A stretch of DNA of 39,617 nt from Trichinella spiralis (taxonomy: Eukaryota), in NCBI RefSeq assembly GCF_000181795.1, contig NW_003526943.1, positions 4,775,710 to 4,815,326 of the forward strand, read 5' to 3'. Numbering within the stretch: position 1 is the first letter of the stretch; every line of letters begins with the position of its first letter. Made by a program: the position numbers and the translations under genes. Below the pieces are notes generated by a model, which was given only the letters and a program-made list of their open reading frames with translations, did no database searches and was not told the origin of the DNA. Below, piece by piece: positions 34,114 to 39,617 of this stretch.

Positions 34114-36830
34114 ATGCAATTTACGCGATATCTTTTTTCGCCGCTTATAAGGATAATTGGAAGAAAAATCGATGACTACGCTCAGTTTCGTCCTTCTGCT
34201 TTGTCCATGCAAAGCTTGGTGGATTTCGGTATTGCATTGTTGTTATTTGTGTTGTCTGTGGAAAATTTGTTTGTTAATTCGAAAATAGCTAAATATGAAA
34301 AAATTTTTTGTAAAAATATGATTTGGATTTTTTGCATATTTTCAGTTTTAGATGCGTTGTGATTTTGGTTCGTCAATTTTGTTTGATGTTTAGGCAAACT
34401 TCGTGATGAGAGAAATTCATTTGAATTTTTGAAGAAGGAACTTCTCGTACGTTTGGCAAATATAATGAAAGAAGTTGAACTTCTTCCATCCCAGTTGATG
34501 GAAACCCCGTCAACCAAGCTTGTTTATCAGTGGTATCAGGAGAGTTTTCAAGAATTGTTGCAGTATGAAAATGCTAATGCGGATGAAAGCACATTGAGAG
34601 AGTTTGTGATTTTTTTTGTTCATTTGTTTGAATTTCACTGACCGCCCAATATATTTAACAGTTAGAAAATTGTATTCTATTATTTTTTGTGAATTTTTTG
34701 TTCTAATTTTCAATATAATTTTTAGCAGGCTTTTTATTTAGCTTTTCACGACAGCTTAGCAGAGTTTTGAAAAGGCATAATACAGTTGTAGAAACTATGG
34801 CCGAGGTAAGTTGCAGAAACGATTTATTTGTTCAGATATTACTGTCAAATAATAGCATGTAGGGTTTAATGGAAATGAAAGCAACTCATGGAATTGATCC
34901 TGTTACGCAAAATAATATTCAATATTTTTTGAACCGTTTTTATCTTAGTCGCATCAGCGTGCGCATGTTAATTTATCAGCATGGTATATATTTTTATATG
35001 CAGTCGAACTTGGTTAAGTGCACATGGAATTTGGCAAGAATTTCCATGCACTTATCCAAAGTTGGGAATTATGCAGAGTAATTGAAAGGATCAATAGCTT
35101 CACATTTACAAATAGGTTTAATGTGAAAAAATGTCCATTTATTTCAAGTAAAATAGTCATCATATTTTGTGACACCAGCTTTACTAGCTGATCTTCAATT
35201 CGGTTTAGGTATGTCTGATTTATGCTGTTTTCATGAAAGTATGAACGAACTGTTGCCAGATCTGCGACAGTTTGCTTGTGAATAATTTCCTGGGAAAGCA
35301 GTCGTTGTTTTGACTTTGGCAAGGCTTAGCTCGCCTTGTCCGTGATAGGCGTGCTTATTCTGATATAGCAAACAATCAACTTTGCTCAGTATCAATAGTT
35401 GCTATGTTTGATGATAAACCTAAAGCAGCCAAGAATGCGTCTATTCTGCACATAAGGGCTTTGTATTGCAAATAGTAAATCCCATGGACCTCAGCAAAAT
35501 CCATTATTATACGGTATAATTAACTACAGGGAATTTTGTTAGGCAAGAATTTTGTGCACTTAAGGGAAATGTGCACTTAACCAAGTTCGACTGTATATGT
35601 ATATATATAATTTTCTTCAAATAAACAAATTTAACATTTATTTTATTAAGTTATCATCTTCAGCGACGAAGCACATCCGTTTTACACTAGTGCTCGGCAT
35701 ATTGGATGCATTGATCCGAATTGTAACGTCGTTTCTATTATTGAAGGTATTGTTAAATGTTTCTTCATCTAAGTAGTGAATTTATTCAGCTTTAGATGCT
35801 TATGAGAATGCAAAATTTCTGTGTGATCGATACTACGTTACCTCTCCTGGAATGAAGATTGAAACCATAAACGGTGAAACGTTTATTATTAAGAAATAGC
35901 TTCGTTTTTTGTATTATGCACAAATGTGATTGTTAACAATATATTTAAACATTTGTCACTTTAAATTTGTAGTGCTGGAGCCATCACAACCTATAAGCAT
36001 CGTTTACGTACCTTCGCATCTGTATCACATTATGGTTGAATTACTAAAAGTAATTTTTTTTGTGTATGATATTGAAATGAAGCGACTTTGATTCTAACTG
36101 TTGTCATTTTTTGAAGAATGCATTACGCGCAGTGGTGGAAGAGCATGGGAAAAAAGATGAGTTACCCCCGATTACAATACGAGTTGTCAAAGGAAAGGAA
36201 GATTTATCTATAAAGGGGAGTTTACGATGCTGTAGGAATTTTCAAATCAGTATCTTTAATTATAAATCTGGTTTGTTAGCAGTTATTTAATCTGACTTTA
36301 ATATTAAAAGATTGTCTTTTTTGAAATTAATAAAAGCTTTGTTTATATTTTTAGGTAAGCGATCAAGGCGGTGGAGTGCCTCGGCATATTGTTGGCAAAC
36401 TGTTTAATTATATGTATACTACTGCTTCCCTTCCAAGTGCGGAAAATGTTGAATATGACGCTCCAATGGTATGTTAAATTATTATAAATTTATGTAGTAG
36501 CGCAATTTATATAATGATGTATCGCAAACAATTGTAAACATACTGTATGATTTATTTAGGCTGGACTGGGTTATGGTTTGCCGCTTTCTCGACTGTATGC
36601 TCGATATTTTCTAGGGGATTTATTTCTATTCTCAATGGAAGGATATGGAACAGATGCATGCCTATATTTGAAGGTTTCATTTGAACTATTTATTTATTTT
36701 ATTTTTATGTTCAACATTATTTTATTTTAAGGCATCTGCAGTTGACGCTAGCGAGATGCTGCCATGGTTTTCTTTTCGTTCCAAAAAAATGTATGAAAGC
36801 AATGAAAAAGGTCCTGATTGGTCAGGTTAA
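34114..36830 (+). CDS. PDK: Mitochondrial pyruvate dehydrogenase kinase; exons 34114-34228, 34394-34601, 34742-34805, 34863-34983, 35651-35746, 35796-35873, 35973-36049, 36117-36215, 36355-36468, 36560-36673, 36732-36830
   Basis: Spliced product has [120 protein letters not shown] and the C-terminal DW motif. Exon phases are consistent. Confidence 0.95.
35001..35593. mobile_element. Non-autonomous pogo/Tc1-mariner-type element (MITE) in PDK intron 4
   Basis: Perfect 25-bp TIR cagtcgaacttggttaagtgcacat (35001-35025) / atgtgcacttaaccaagttcgactg (35569-35593). It is followed by TA, while the left flank is TG inside a TA run. CAGT termini. Confidence 0.88.
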
Positions 36831-37923
36831 TTTTTTTCTGCTACTTAGTACATTTATCTTTTGTAGCGTTTTATTTGAAACTGATTGTAAAATTCTAGTT
36901 TTATTAACTAATTTTCAAAATTTGTTGCTAAAATAACTGATAATTAGAATACACATTTGCCGTTCATTTTCCCTTTCAATGTGTTCCAGATTGTAGAATT
37001 TTTCCTACTATTATTATTATTATTATTATACTGTGTGAAATTGTCATTGGAATAGTTTTATAATTAAATTTTTTCATTATACTTGCGATAAAGTACACAA
37101 TATGTGCATGTGAAAGAGCAAATAGTTGAGAGAGAAAGAAAATGTCGATGTACTTGAGTTTACTTGAGCATTTCTTGAGAAACCGAACATTTGACACGTG
37201 GCGGCTTCATGCCTAGCGTGTCGTACTTGAAACGCATGTAAGCTACGATAATTCGATCAAAAATATTCTGCCAAGAGTCCATCGCTGGCCTAACATCCAT
37301 GAGGCTAAACTGACCTGTTTCTGGGTTCACTTTTCCACCATCGTAATAATCGATCACGTAATGCACTTCTTTACCGCAACGGTCTATGATCCAATCGTGA
37401 CGGTCGAACGGCAATTCGTAACCAAGAGCCCGACGAATTCGAGCTCGTGGCGTATATTTAGTGGCATCGCCCCTAAAGCTCTTCAACTTGGGACAGTCGC
37501 ACTCTTTGAAATGCAAAGCTTCCCAACGCAATATTTCACGCCAAGCTTGTTCGTTGTTGCTGTTGTGAATGCGAATAATGCTGTCCATGTCGTCAGGCTG
37601 GATGTCGGACTCTTTCCATTGCCAGCCTTTGCGGAGCATTGCGTTCCAGAACATCTGCGCCGATGGATACATCCAGTTTTCATTGGAACCCGCTTTCGGA
37701 ATGGAAGACAACTCTCTTTCTGTGGATAAAAGAAGCGGCTGGTTCGGTGCAGACTGTTGATTTTCCGGTTGCATCATGTTTGCCGGATCTAAGCTATCAC
37801 CGATTTCATTGGACAGCCAGAGCTACTTTTCTTCTGCATCGGGCAACCGGACGTTGACTTTGGTTCGTTGAGATTGGTCTCAGATGCGCCCATCTGCATC
37901 AATATAACAACTGCTACAAATAT
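36366..37923. repeat. Copy B of the PDK-3'/HCCS segmental duplication; partner 20333-21884
   Basis: Colinear with 20333-21884. Confidence 0.95.
37160..37893 (-). pseudogene. HCCS: HCCS duplicate with a 1-nt deletion and lost upstream region (probable pseudogene)
   Basis: ATG to stop spans 734 nt versus 735 in copy A (ctatcaccga vs ctatcatccga at ~37799). [16 protein letters not shown] has become [16 protein letters not shown]. Homology to copy A ends ~30 nt upstream of the ATG. Confidence 0.78.
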
Positions 37924-38362
37924 AGAGTGCACAGTCTCTATTATTAATGATTAATAGAGCTGATTTACTGATTTGATTTTAAACAAACAGTAATAATTAA
38001 GCCAAATGAAATAAAATATATATATATAATAATATTTTTTTACTTTTCATCAAAATTTTTTAAAATTAATAAATATATAGAAACTTTTAAATATAATAAC
38101 TGAAGAAAAATGCCTTTGTTTAAACAGCTTTAAACAAAACTTAGTTTAAACCAAAACTCAGTTTTAAACCAAAACTGAGTTTAAAATTATTCCCCTTTAA
38201 ACGGGCACTAACTTTCTTTTCGTAGTTGAAAAGAATAAATTAATTTGATGGTTGAAATTTCCNNNNNNNNNNAAAAAATTTTCACTATTTAATAAGTGTC
38301 AAGTGATCGTGTTCATATGCTGTATTCATAGTTTGAAAAGAAATCTCATTCAACAAATTTAG

Positions 38363-39498
38363 GAAGTACTGGATGCAGAAATTGAAAAATTTAAAATTGG
38401 ACTCATCAACGTCAGCGGTTTTCAATACGAGGGTCGTGATAAAAGTAGTTTCAAAAATTTCCTTGAAAAGTGGAGTCGACTGGACAGTCAACTGTTACAC
38501 TATCACAAAGCAAGCACAATTACAGTAAGTTACAATTTATTTTAAATACATAAAATCTGCGAGAACTTTAAATGAAGGTTTGGAGATTTTAGGCAGAAGA
38601 AGCATTGGTCTATGACGCGATTCAGATTGTAATAGAAGCTTTCAAAAGTATTGCAAAAGTTAATGCGTCTGCTTTGAAAAGATATTACAAAAAAGATGAA
38701 TTTATAAATGAAGATTACCATGGGCTGTTGTGTTATACTTTTGAGGATAAGTTGAATCCAGATCGACCATTTCTACCACTACGACATGGAGAAATGATGT
38801 ATGACGCTTTGAAAAAGGTAAGAAGTTCTCTTTTTTAAAAAGGAATTCAAGATTTAATTTAGACAAGGTTAGATGGCATTAGTGGAAATGTGCAATTTGA
38901 TGATGATGGAAATCGTGTCAATTACACACTGAAATTGACAGAAGTTTTGCAGACTGGACATAATGCAGGCGTAGTAAATGTTCAAGTAATCAAGTATTTT
39001 TTTCAGGGATTTTGATTGAATGAATCATTAGATCCTTTTTTTACAAAACATTAACAAATATCTGACATAGTAAAAGAATTAATTTGACATTGTTGTAATG
39101 ATATTTTGTTATTACACTTTTAGAAAAGACTATGGCGACAGAAAGCTGGATTTCAAAACGGTGAAGATCATCCACAAAAAGGGGAAAAGATAAATAAAAA
39201 TATCCAGCCGTTTAATCGAACTCGAATAATTACAACTATAATTGTAAGTATAGTATAATTTTTGCAAATTTTTGATGTTTTCTATTTTTAGAATGAGCCG
39301 TTTGTTATGTTTAAAAAGGATGCTGATCAATTTACTGGAAATGATCGCTTTGAAGGATTCTGCGTTGATTTGATGAAATTGTTGTCAGAAAAAATTGAAA
39401 ATTTTCCTTACATTATTAAACCTGTAAAAGACAACCAATACGGAGCAGTTGATCAAAACGGACGTTGGAACGGAATGGTTGGAGAACTTATCCGAGGG
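38363..39498 (+). CDS. Ionotropic glutamate receptor, AMPA/kainate type, internal exons 38363-38524, 38593-38817, 38863-38985, 39124-39243, 39292-39498 (partial at both ends)
   Basis: ATD-end motifs NVSGFQ, ALVYDAI, GISGNVQFDDDGNRVNYTL, then S1 NRTRIITTII|NEPFVM.K....GNDRFEGFCVDL...YGA....GRWNGMVGELIRG. All junctions are GT-AG phase 0. Confidence 0.93.
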
Positions 39499-39617
39499 GT
39501 GAGTACTGTTCAAATATATAAAATGATAAATATGCATGATACTACATTACATTTTTAACGAGTAAATTTGACTACATTAACGGTTAGCAGATGTCTAATG
39601 TAATAATAAACAGTTTT

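Noticed and set aside
1..39617. Prokaryotic-type systems (CRISPR, defence operons), tRNA or rRNA genes
   Set aside because: The sequence is spliceosomal-intron-rich eukaryotic DNA; no repeat-spacer array or structured RNA gene was recognised.

Overview
AT-rich, intron-rich eukaryotic draft scaffold with five N-gaps (4568-4577, 9901-10139, 17618-17627, 24901-25193, 38263-38272). It is most consistent with a clade I nematode such as Trichinella (inference from composition, short introns, gene set and repeat types). Genes I can reconstruct by hand: a geminin-like gene split into two out-of-order pieces, MED11, the 3' end (ASD2/SD2 domain) of a Shroom gene, an intronless protein built from three exact 180-aa STAR-like (KH-QUA2) modules, holocytochrome c synthase (HCCS), the 5' half of WDR11, a signal-anchored NHL-like beta-propeller protein, an 11-exon pyruvate dehydrogenase kinase (PDK) and part of an AMPA/kainate-type glutamate receptor. 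Repeats: decayed BEL/Pao gag-protease and integrase fragments, a hAT (Buster/Charlie) remnant, a probable Gypsy gag remnant and a pogo/Tc1-mariner-type MITE with perfect 25-bp TIRs. There are two duplications. The 4.6-kb near-identical one looks like an uncollapsed haplotype or misassembly. The 1.55-kb PDK-3'/HCCS one shows reciprocal inactivation: PDK is dead in one copy and HCCS is frameshifted in the other. The best novelty candidates are the tandem triple-STAR RNA-binding protein and the reciprocally degenerated PDK/HCCS duplication. All family assignments come from motif recognition by eye, with no database searches.
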